DNA of 64,000 nucleotides from a virus (lineage: Duplodnaviria > Caudoviricetes), in IMG/VR virus record IMGVR_UViG_3300028888_000127, positions 3,964 through 67,963 of that record; one strand, 5' to 3'. The number at the start of each line of letters is the position of its first letter. The first letter of the stretch is position 1. Shown here one piece after another: positions 8,786 through 18,000 of this stretch. The notes under the pieces are model-generated. The model saw nothing but the letters and a program-made list of their open reading frames with translations. It made no database searches and was not told the DNA's origin. The position numbers and the translations under genes were made by a program.

Positions 8786-10786
8786 ATCTCCAACAATTGG
8801 TTGATATCCAAGTTTTGTAAACCAATAAATCATTAGTCTAAGTGCCATTCTACCGGTACAAGTTGTTCTCTCAGCGCAAGCAATAGAAGCCCACGGAAAA
8901 ACATTAGGTGCACCATAAGAACCAAAAAATGAATTGCCAAAAATTTTCAGAGGTAACTGTTTTTTATCATTTGCAGATTCCTCTTGTGCAGCATCCAACA
9001 TTTTCCTGTTAAGTTCGTCTTTTAAATGTAAATCCGAACAAGATTCTATTTCTTTTTTATATTTGTCTTTTTCTTTACCTGCTTTTTTCTTTAAATCTTT
9101 ATATTTTTCACGCTGTGTTAAAACGTGTTCCAAGAAATAAAGCATAGAATGAAGCAAATCTTTTGCATCAGTGATACCCCAAGTAAGAATTATTGATGGA
9201 TAAAGTGAATTATAGTCAAATTTTGCAACATTGTCAACGAATCCAACTTTAAGAAGACGTGAAAGTCCACCTGTGAAAGTTTTTCTTTCTGAAAATTGAG
9301 GGATTGCCAAGTTGTTTTCATAACTCCAAGCAAGCATAATTGATTTCCACTGGCCAGCTGTACCCATTGTACAGCACTTGTCAAATGGAACAGGAATCAT
9401 TTTACAAATAAGGAAGTTTGGTGTGTTGTAACGATGTTCCACCATGTCACATTCCCACAAGTCATCAAGCAAATATTTTTGTCCTATATATTTTCCGTCA
9501 ACAACTTTATATCCTTCCAAAAGTTTGTTCTTTGTGTAAAGGACAAAAGTTGGGTTGTCTTTTCCTTTTTTCAATAATAGTTCTTCACTTTCACAAGAAT
9601 GATTTTCATCATATATATACCAATCACCTGTTTCATCGTTAATTGCAAATTTCCTATCATTATCATTCCAAATGTCTGAAATTTTATCACCCGGTATGTA
9701 AACACGGTTTTCTTTAATCAAATCTGAATACTTACTAACATACTTCAAATTTGAGAAAAGCATATTTGAATCCAATGCTTGTGCTCTTCTAACAGCATGC
9801 AAAGAATCGGTGATTATTATATTTGGAACAATAGTTTTATTGAATTTTTCAATTTCGCCACCTAATTTCAAAATTGACTCACGTTCATCTTTTCTGATTG
9901 ACTCTCCATTGAAAAATTTCTTTGATAGTTCTTCAAGAGAAGTTCCAAGTCTTTCACAAGCGCCAATAATTAACTGCCAGTCAAATGCCTCTCCATTATG
10001 TGCAGTAATTACATCGGGCCTAAAAGTATAAATTATTTTTAAAAATGTTATAATGCCATTTAATTCTGAAATATTTTTTTCTTCTTCAGTATTACCTTCA
10101 ACATTAATTAATTTTTCAAATTTAATATATTCCCCTTTATATTTTACAGGGCGATTAAATCTTATACCAAACTGTTCTATTCTATCCTTTTTTGTGTTAA
10201 GACCAGTTGATTCCAAGTCGAATATAAGTCTTAAAATATCATTATAATCCTCATACCCCTTAAAGAACCTCTTTCCTGTTGAAATCATGAATTGCTCTTT
10301 GGGCGTAACAGTTAAATACTGTTTTTCTTCATTTTTTTGGGTTCCACCTTTGTCATCTTTCTTTTTTCTACTCGAAACAGGATTTCCTGCTTTTTTGAAA
10401 AAGTCCAAAAAGTCAGAATAACTCATCGGTACTGTTGCATAGAACAAATATGTATATCCATTCTTAATTTCTTCTACAACTTCACCATCAGAATTTGTCA
10501 CATCAAGTGCCTTAACCCATATTCTATATTTTTTTAGCAGATATCTTACTTTTTGTTTATCACCATCACATAGCCTTTTGCAAGCCTTTTCTGTCGCCCA
10601 CAAAAACGGCATAAATGGTTCTTGAGAAACACATTTGTCATCGTTTTCGTTTCTGTAAAATACTGTTATGAAATTATTTTGATATTTGTAATCAAGGTTT
10701 ACAATTCTTTCTTGTTCGTCTCTACCATTTAAAAACGTACTGATTACTTCAGGAGTAATCTCTTTTTTAATAAAATTTTGCCCCAT
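8216..10786 (-). CDS. polB: family B DNA polymerase N-terminal subunit (3'-5' exonuclease, motifs A and B) fused to split intein N-half
   Basis: ExoI LIFDLESTG, ExoII AHNGEAFD, motif A KFDYNSLYPSII, motif B KIFGNSFFGSYG, then YQPIVGD|SFTEDTP (intein start). Confidence 0.93.
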   Translation of the reverse strand: MGQNFIKKEITPEVISTFLNGRDEQERIVNLDYKYQNNFITVFYRNENDDKCVSQEPFMPFLWATEKACKRLCDGDKQKVRYLLKKYRIWVKALDVTNSDGEVVEEIKNGYTYLFYATVPMSYSDFLDFFKKAGNPVSSRKKKDDKGGTQKNEEKQYLTVTPKEQFMISTGKRFFKGYEDYNDILRLIFDLESTGLNTKKDRIEQFGIRFNRPVKYKGEYIKFEKLINVEGNTEEEKNISELNGIITFLKIIYTFRPDVITAHNGEAFDWQLIIGACERLGTSLEELSKKFFNGESIRKDERESILKLGGEIEKFNKTIVPNIIITDSLHAVRRAQALDSNMLFSNLKYVSKYSDLIKENRVYIPGDKISDIWNDNDRKFAINDETGDWYIYDENHSCESEELLLKKGKDNPTFVLYTKNKLLEGYKVVDGKYIGQKYLLDDLWECDMVEHRYNTPNFLICKMIPVPFDKCCTMGTAGQWKSIMLAWSYENNLAIPQFSERKTFTGGLSRLLKVGFVDNVAKFDYNSLYPSIILTWGITDAKDLLHSMLYFLEHVLTQREKYKDLKKKAGKEKDKYKKEIESCSDLHLKDELNRKMLDAAQEESANDKKQLPLKIFGNSFFGSYGAPNVFPWASIACAERTTCTGRMALRLMIYWFTKLGYQPIVGDSFTEDTPLFIKYKETGLIDIVPICELIDESQISIDELGREYDYGEKPYYVLCRSGWVEPSYIYRHKTDKDIYEISDGEMFVEVTEDHSLFDSNKEKIKPSEITDNTKLEYFNGKIDFPNIRYLASQGKYIHESAIALAKGEIDRVPQKVLNYSESYKKLFYKIFMENYDENVKFSKTCLAGLQFLKNVQ

Positions 10787-10837
10787 TTGAAATAGCCAAA
10801 TCCCTTGGCATGCTTATTCGCTGTTATTTTTATACTA

Positions 10838-11353
10838 TTATAGTACATTAATCATATAGTCCCTTACCCTTCCAAGGACTTTTCCTAAAAGATTTTTACC
10901 TTTCCAATTTGATTCATCGTCTATAATTGGGTTATTCCATTCAATACCGCAACCCCATATAAAATCATATTTAGAACCTTCAACAAAAGTCTTATCTAAC
11001 AAGTCTCGTCTTGTAATCAATCGTGCCAAATATTCATTTTGGCAAAATTTTGCAAGTACAACATTATACATTATGTCTTCGCAAACCTCAGACCATTGTT
11101 CTGAATTAAAATTTTTAACTTGCCTACCCAATTCCTTTGCCTCTTTTGGCGTTTTTGCCTTTAAGATAAGTTCTGCAATTTCATTGTCTTTGAAAAACAA
11201 CGCTTTTTCATACATAAACGCTTGTTCAGAAGATTTAAATTCAATTCCTAAATATGTAAACTTGCATCCATGAAAGTTTGAGAATTCAGAACCCCAAAAC
11301 GCAACGTGATTGTCATAAACAATAAAACCGTCTCTTTCAAAATTTTGTCCCAT
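10838..11353 (-). CDS. NADAR family protein (YbiA/DUF1768-like ADP-ribosylhydrolase)
   Basis: FSNFH...FKSSEQAFMYEKA...PKEAKELGR...EGSKYDFIWGCG...GKNLLGKVL. Confidence 0.88.
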   Translation of the reverse strand: MGQNFERDGFIVYDNHVAFWGSEFSNFHGCKFTYLGIEFKSSEQAFMYEKALFFKDNEIAELILKAKTPKEAKELGRQVKNFNSEQWSEVCEDIMYNVVLAKFCQNEYLARLITRRDLLDKTFVEGSKYDFIWGCGIEWNNPIIDDESNWKGKNLLGKVLGRVRDYMINVL

Positions 11354-11389
11354 AATTAAAATTTTATTTTTTACATATTTTACAAAAAA

Positions 11390-11788
11390 TTATTTGAATT
11401 TCCAACCATACAAGTTCAATTTATCTTCAACTGAATAGTAAGATTCTCCAAAATGCATAGTTAATCTGCCATGTTGCGGATATTCTTCTAGGTTTTCTAT
11501 ATTAAGCCATGTTAGCGCCAATATTCCATAAGTTGCATACTCCATTGAATAGCAAGATGTTTCTTCTGCCGTTGTGAATGGTAAATCTGTTATTGCCTGT
11601 TTTACAACCGAATATGTAGTTGAATCTGGCGTTATATCTCCATTACTGCTTGGATTGTCAACGTCCCATGACGGGCCCCATACATATTCAGGCGTTTCAC
11701 TGAAGAAAAAATTATAGACATAAGTTCCATCAGTATTTTTCCCCAAATATTTTACATAAACCAATTTTAAATTATCTTCTTTTTCCAT
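11390..11788 (-). CDS. hypothetical protein, paralogue of 11964-12449
   Basis: YLGKNTDGTYVYNFFF..VWG / CYSME / HFGE aligns with YIGRTIDGQYIYRFDF..VWG / CFSMQ / KFGE. Confidence 0.8.
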   Translation of the reverse strand: MEKEDNLKLVYVKYLGKNTDGTYVYNFFFSETPEYVWGPSWDVDNPSSNGDITPDSTTYSVVKQAITDLPFTTAEETSCYSMEYATYGILALTWLNIENLEEYPQHGRLTMHFGESYYSVEDKLNLYGWKFK

Positions 11789-11803
11789 TTTTAAAATTAT
11801 TAA

Positions 11804-11971
11804 TTAAAATAATATTTTCATGCGTTTTGTTTTCAATTTGTACTTATTAAGACTTCTTTTAATCATTGATTTACTATGGACCCACGGCCTTGTTTCCTTA
11901 AACATAAAATTGTCAATTGGTTCTTTAAAATAATGTGACTCTCCTTCTTCTAAACTATATATACTAATCAT
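11804..11971 (-). CDS. small hypothetical protein (55 aa), not in the ORF track
   Basis: MISIYSLEEGESHYFKEPIDNF...KRMKILF*. It fills the gap between its neighbours and its ATG overlaps the upstream stop (ATGATTAG). Confidence 0.55.
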   Translation of the reverse strand: MISIYSLEEGESHYFKEPIDNFMFKETRPWVHSKSMIKRSLNKYKLKTKRMKILF

Positions 11972-12449
11972 CTCCATTTATTAAATCAATATTATCAATC
12001 AAATCATCAATTGCGCTCTCATCACCTTTTTTAACGTCTTCAATATCATATAATTCAATGTTTATTGATTGAAGTGTTTCTTTTATTGTTTCAAAATTTT
12101 CTCCAAATTTAAAGAACAAAGGAGCGTCTTTATATTCAATTCCTTCTTCTGAAATTTCAGAAAATATCAAAGGGATTATTCCATCAATACAATCTTGCAT
12201 TGAAAAACAATAGTTTTTCTTAGCCAATTGCATTTCTGTTGGAAAATTTACCTTACAACTTTTCGATAATGAATTTATATCAGGTTGCAAATCTGGAACT
12301 ATTCCAGCCGGTGTTACATTGAAGTATTCACCCCACACACTATCAGCATCCACAGTAAAATCAAACCTGTAAATATATTGGCCATCTATGGTTCTACCAA
12401 TGTAATCAACGAATGCTAGGTATTCCTCCATGTTTCGGTTTATTTTCAT
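11964..12449 (-). CDS. hypothetical protein, paralogue of 11390-11788
   Basis: See the paralogue; the start may be the ATG at 12431. Confidence 0.8.
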   Translation of the reverse strand: MKINRNMEEYLAFVDYIGRTIDGQYIYRFDFTVDADSVWGEYFNVTPAGIVPDLQPDINSLSKSCKVNFPTEMQLAKKNYCFSMQDCIDGIIPLIFSEISEEGIEYKDAPLFFKFGENFETIKETLQSINIELYDIEDVKKGDESAIDDLIDNIDLINGDD

Positions 12450-12786
12450 CCTTATTCATTGAATAATACTCTGCTGTCTTTTTACATGCTTCGGCAACCT
12501 TATCATCTGATGAAACTATTGATGAATAGTAGTTTCTGTATGTCTGCAATATTTCTTTCGGTATGAACGGGCCGTTCCATTCTCCGCAATCTTTCATAAC
12601 CCTGCAAATAATAGCAAAAGCGGCGGTCTCAAACTCTTGTGCATTAGACTCTTCTTTCAATATGTAATTTGCCATCTTGCTATACATTTTTGCAACATTC
12701 TTTTTCTTTACTTCGTCAGTCTTAAAAGGTTCAAGTAACCCTGTCTGTTCCCATATTTCATAATTATCTTCGTCAAACATAATCAA
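12406..12786 (-). CDS. small protein resembling the major-capsid N-terminal segment (family member 1)
   Basis: WEQTGLLEPF...NVAKMY...FETAAFAIICRV. Confidence 0.5.
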   Translation of the reverse strand: MIMFDEDNYEIWEQTGLLEPFKTDEVKKKNVAKMYSKMANYILKEESNAQEFETAAFAIICRVMKDCGEWNGPFIPKEILQTYRNYYSSIVSSDDKVAEACKKTAEYYSMNKDENKPKHGGIPSIR

Positions 12787-13163
12787 TACCTGTATATTTT
12801 ACTGTCCGCATAATAATCAGTTGTATTTTTTATTGCAACACTATCATTATTATTTGCGGTTATTAATTCATTATCATAGTGTGAGTGTATTTCACTTGGA
12901 TTAAACCTAAACTTTTTCCAATCACCATCACGCCTTATAACATTGTTTACAATTATCAAAGCAGCCCATCCAAACATGGTATCGCCAAGATTATTGTTAT
13001 AAATATAACTTATAATTTTTTTAAAATAAGTTATCATTTTTCTTTTAACTTTTTTGTTTTCATTATTAATCATTAAAACGTCTTCCAAAACTTTATTGTT
13101 TTCTGAACTTGTACAATTTTGCATATTATATCCATGCCCTTCTAAAGTCTCAATCATGTTCAT
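12783..13163 (-). CDS. small hypothetical protein (divergent family member 2)
   Basis: Similar size and helix pattern; C-terminal DSVAIKNTTDYY. Confidence 0.6.
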   Translation of the reverse strand: MNMIETLEGHGYNMQNCTSSENNKVLEDVLMINNENKKVKRKMITYFKKIISYIYNNNLGDTMFGWAALIIVNNVIRRDGDWKKFRFNPSEIHSHYDNELITANNNDSVAIKNTTDYYADSKIYRY

Positions 13164-13173
13164 ATAAAATCCA

Positions 13174-13404
13174 TCACTTTTTAAATTTTTTTATAAATTT
13201 CCACTTACTGCATATATATGGCCTCTTGTTTTGTTCACGCAATTTATTTGCGTCTTCAACTTTAACGCCTAACAAATTCATTCTCTCGCTTCCGAAAAAC
13301 CTTGAATATGCCATGCGTTTTATTCGCTCTTCAAATTCGGGTGAGATTGAGCCATCCACAATTACAATTATAGAATCAATGAATTTTGCCTGTTCCTCAT
13401 TCAT
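13174..13404 (-). CDS. hypothetical protein
   Basis: Tightly packed ORF overlapping the upstream stop (ATGA). Confidence 0.65.
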   Translation of the reverse strand: MNEEQAKFIDSIIVIVDGSISPEFEERIKRMAYSRFFGSERMNLLGVKVEDANKLREQNKRPYICSKWKFIKKFKK

Positions 13405-13679
13405 TCATCTTCCTCCATTTCATCTAACGCTATCCATTTGAATAATCCAATCTCCCAATACTTATAGGTTTTGTTACGTGTCTTGAATACACATACGCCG
13501 TATGTTGGCTCAATTCCGTTTAACGTTTCGTAAAAAGTTCTGTTTCCACGATATATTGATGCGGTATTTGGCTGTATTCCTCCAAGGTATTTATGTCCCT
13601 CTTTAAGTTTGAAAGCCGCTTTATACCAACCAATTATTGAAAAGACAAATTTAACTATGTAATATTTAATTTTTTTCAT
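13401..13679 (-). CDS. hypothetical protein
   Basis: Packed ORF in the minus-strand operon. Confidence 0.65.
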   Translation of the reverse strand: MKKIKYYIVKFVFSIIGWYKAAFKLKEGHKYLGGIQPNTASIYRGNRTFYETLNGIEPTYGVCVFKTRNKTYKYWEIGLFKWIALDEMEEDE

Positions 13680-14019
13680 TTTTATAAAATCTTTTTTCCA
13701 TAAAATAACATGTTGTCATTGCACATGCATTAGCTTCAATGTCTTCAAATTTTGACCCTTCTAATTTATCAAGGAAAAAATCAAATTTCTGTTTACATTC
13801 ATCAAAATCAAAATCAGAAAAGTCATAATTTCTTATAACAAGTCTTTTTAGTATTGCAAAAACAACATTATCAAAGTTGTTATCATATTCTTTTTCGCCT
13901 TTCAAAAAATAATCAACAGATTTATTAAACCATATTTTAAACATTTCTTTTTGCCTTTCGTTAAGTGAATCACTTAACATATCACTAATTTCATTAAATT
14001 TTTCCATATTACTTTTCAT
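13666..14019 (-). CDS. small protein, family member 3
   Basis: FDNVVFAILKRLV...DIEANACAMTTCYF matches FETAAFAIICRV...DKVAEACKKTAEYY. Confidence 0.65.
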   Translation of the reverse strand: MKSNMEKFNEISDMLSDSLNERQKEMFKIWFNKSVDYFLKGEKEYDNNFDNVVFAILKRLVIRNYDFSDFDFDECKQKFDFFLDKLEGSKFEDIEANACAMTTCYFMEKRFYKNEKN

Positions 14020-14020
14020 T

Positions 14021-14980
14021 TTATTTTTTAATTATCTTCATTAAAAATTCTTTTATTAATTTAATATCATATGTGTTATTTTCGTTATAAATTTCTTCAT
14101 TTTTATTACTATAGTTTTTATTAATTATATACAAAATTCTTATTCCATTATTTTCACATAGTTTCTTTTTGTTTTTATCTCTTTCTACTATAGTTTCCAA
14201 ATCTTCCCATAATTTTGAGCCAATAAAATGTTGTTTTCCTTGACACTCAATTGCTGTTTTATAGTCTGGTAAATAAAAATCTAAACTTAGTTTTCCTAAA
14301 AAATCAAATCGTTGTTGCTCTGTAAAATTAATGTTTAATTCTTGTAATATCATTCTAATTCTTTTTTCTAATACTGAATTACATTTACATTTTGGACATC
14401 CTTCTCCTTTTAAATGATTATGTGGCAACTGTTTAAAATCTCCGTGAATTTGGCATGTAATTATTACATTTTCTTTACTGTTTTTATATATTGTTTTTTC
14501 GTAGTTATATAAATCCCCATGTATTTTTCTTGCACGTTCTATAAATTTATTAGTATTCAAGCATAAATTATGAGTTGAATATCCAAATGTTAAATGATTG
14601 TTTGGAGTTTGCCAAAACTCTCCAATTTCAACGCCATATGCATCTTTTTCATGTGATATTATGCATACTTTTTCATTACTTTTAACATAATTAACTTTTG
14701 AATAGTCAAATTTATTGCCATACTTTTTGATGGCTTTTTTTATAAAACTTTCAGTATTCTCTCTTAAATTTTTGCCTTCTTTTATCCATCCGCATTTATG
14801 GCATCCATATTTTCTACATAAATGGTCATTTGGCTTCATCCAAAATTCTCCATGCTCAGGACATATTATGCAAACTTTTGTTTTTGTGTTTACATATTCA
14901 ACTTTAGAATAATCATATTTATCACCATGGATATCTTTTGCTTTCTTAATAAATTCAGAATTTGTTAATTTTTTAGGCAT
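14021..14980 (-). CDS. Zn-repeat Vsr/DUF559-like homing endonuclease (no GNAT domain)
   Basis: 3 KAKxIHGDKYDYS..CPxHGEF repeats; LSLDFYLPDYKTAIECQGKQH...DKNKKKLCENNGIRIL. Confidence 0.8.
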   Translation of the reverse strand: MPKKLTNSEFIKKAKDIHGDKYDYSKVEYVNTKTKVCIICPEHGEFWMKPNDHLCRKYGCHKCGWIKEGKNLRENTESFIKKAIKKYGNKFDYSKVNYVKSNEKVCIISHEKDAYGVEIGEFWQTPNNHLTFGYSTHNLCLNTNKFIERARKIHGDLYNYEKTIYKNSKENVIITCQIHGDFKQLPHNHLKGEGCPKCKCNSVLEKRIRMILQELNINFTEQQRFDFLGKLSLDFYLPDYKTAIECQGKQHFIGSKLWEDLETIVERDKNKKKLCENNGIRILYIINKNYSNKNEEIYNENNTYDIKLIKEFLMKIIKK

Positions 14981-15027
14981 ATATACTGTCTTTTAATTGT
15001 ACGTTATTTTTACAATTATAAATATGC

Positions 15028-18000
15028 TCATTTATTTTTTTCATTTTCTTTTTTTATTATTTGATTTATTGTCAGTTCTTTTTTCATAACAGTATTCCAT
15101 ATCTTTTCATATTGTGTTCCTCTGAAAATTTGATAATATATATCAACATCTTTTTTTTGGCCTATGCGGAAAATTCTATCTTCCATCTGTTTATTGGAAC
15201 TTGGTACATAATCAATATCATTGAATATAAGTTTGTTTGAAACAACCAAATTAAGGCCGACTCCAGCGGCAAACAATTGCCCAATGAAAACCATTTTGTC
15301 AGGATTTGTTAAAAATGCTTCTTTTGCAGCATCTTTTTGCTTTGGATTTAATTTTCCGTTGAAAATAACACATTTATCGCCATAATAATCCCTTAACGTA
15401 TATAATTCTTCGTCATAACAAGTTGCAATAATAACTTTGTCACCGTTTTTTATGAACTCGTCAGTAAGTTTTATGGTATTTGGAATCATTTGATTGGAAC
15501 AATACTTTCTATAAACAGCACCTTCTAATAAATCCTTGTTTATTTCTTTTGTTGGGTCCAATTCGAGTTGTGCAGCCTCATATTCTTCCCAAAGACGTGC
15601 ATATTCAAACTCTTGCTTCATATCGAAATCATAGAATAGTTCGTGTATTGTCTTATTTGGCAATCCTTCGGCAATATCTTCTTTTGTACGTCTCAAATAT
15701 ATGTGAGATACTTTAAGTTTTAACTCTTCAAGGTTAGTCGGGTCTTTTAAAATTGTTATTTTCCTTGCATTTGCATTAATGTATTCCTTTAACTCATCCT
15801 TTTCCTTAGATGTTAGTTCTCCCCAACATGTCGGCGCAACTTTTCCTGCATTTCCATACTCACGTTTTTTCTTTTCAAAGAAAAACTTGGACCATTTTTC
15901 CTTTTCTCCTTTTGCTGGTATTTTCATCGCGCCGCAATATCTTTCCATGTAATAATTCCAATCATTTGTAATGTCTTCATTTAGAAGTTTCAATAAACAA
16001 TAGAAATTTGCAGGATTATTGGTAATAGGTGTCCCTGTTGCAAGGTATATGCTATGTGGATTTCCACGTTTTATGAAATCGCTTATTATTTTGTACCTAT
16101 CTGATGTTGAATTGGACAGCCTATGTGCTTCGTCAATTATCAAAAGTGTCTTTTTATTCATTGCATATTGAAGCATAGGGCTTTCATCATATGCTTTTTT
16201 TATGTTTTCAGCACTTCTTGTCCTTGGAATCTTGTAAAATTCATCAAGAATATCAAAATTGACAATAACAAACCTATTATCTTCCCATTTTCCACGATTT
16301 TTCGCTTCTTCAAGCAATTGTTCTCTTTTAAGTCCTGATTTGCCAACGCCATATCCAAGCAATTTTTCTAATTCAGGCTTTGTTTTGTCGTTAACTCCAT
16401 CAATAATTGATATATCCTTTTCAGGAACATACCAAAGTAACTCATCACGCCAATTTGTCTTTAAAGAAGCGGGACAAATTATCAATACAGAGTCGAAATT
16501 TCCTTCAATTGCAGCAACAGACAGTTCGGTGGTATTATGTGTAACTATGTAATTTTTACCCGTCAAATAAGTATGTTCATCATAATCAACCATAATACAT
16601 CTTGCATCCTCGTTTCTATCATATTCTGCTGATACAATATATTTAGAGCAATATTTTAAATATGCAGGATGGTATTTTTCTGATTTTCTTGTTAAATAAA
16701 ACGGATTTTCTTTTATTTGTATTCTTACTTGATATTCTGTATTTTTTTTGTTTTTATGATTATATTTTCCAATTCTTGCAATTCCTCCAAGCGAAAAAAC
16801 AAGTTCAGCGACATCATTTGCTAATTTTTCTGAATTTGTGGAAAAAGATATTCTGTTGTTTTTTCCAATTGTACCATCTGAATCCATTAAGCCTCTTAAT
16901 AAATCTAAGCGTTGTGAAATTGAGCCAAGTTTATATTCGGTTGGGATAAATTTATAATTTCCTTTTACATTTAGCCCTAATCTTTTTATTTCAGATATAT
17001 AATCATTCCTAAACTTTCTAACTTTATGCATTATTCTATATCTTGGACAATTTGTGCTTCTGTCTTCTTTTAGAATCATATCTTCTCTAAGCAATGCTTC
17101 AATTCTATTTGCTGTTTCTTTTTCATTATCAGGTATTGAAATATTTATTCCGTTATTACACAAATTTCCATCTCCAATGCACATTCCTAATATATATGGA
17201 TGAATTAAATAGTCTTTTTCTTTATATTGGACTGGTAATGTAACCGGTATTTCATACTTGTTTCTTGGATTTAACCCAATTTTTACCCTACTTTCATCTG
17301 TATATTGTAATTTTGATTCTATTAGTTCTTTTAATGACATAGTTTTCCAACCCTGTTTCCTTTTTGTCATATTTTTAGTCCTAACTTTCCACAAATGGTC
17401 AAGGCCGCAATAAGAAAAAGTACCATCACTAAATGTTATTTTATAGATTTCTTTATCTTTATGTTCGAATATTTTTGTTATTGGGTATAAATTGCCATCT
17501 TCACCAAAGACCATATCACCAAGTTTTAATTCTCCAAAAGTCTTAAATCCATTTTCTGTTGGAATTAATGATGATATTGGCTCCATTTTTCCTAATCCCA
17601 TGTCATCTGCTAAAATACACTTTTTCCTATGCAAAAGGAATTGAACTGCTTCTTTTTGGTGAGGTTTAAGTATTCTGTTTGGGTCTTTTTCTGTTGATAA
17701 GTTGTCATAACGGTCAAAATCCACTTGAACAGAGTGATAATCTCCAATCAAGAAGTTTCCAAGTACTGCTTTCTTTGGTAAAAAAATCTCCATCGTTTCC
17801 ATATTTTGCCTATATTTGATAGTGCAATGGAAAGCAACTGATGTTTCCCCAAAATATGTGTAAATTCTTATCTTTTGAGGAATAAATTCTAATTCATAGT
17901 CGTTTTTAAGTTTTTCGCCATACCAGTCAGCAATTGAAACGTTCTTGTTTATCTGAATTGGTGAAAAATTATGGTTTTTCTTTATATACTCAACCACGTA

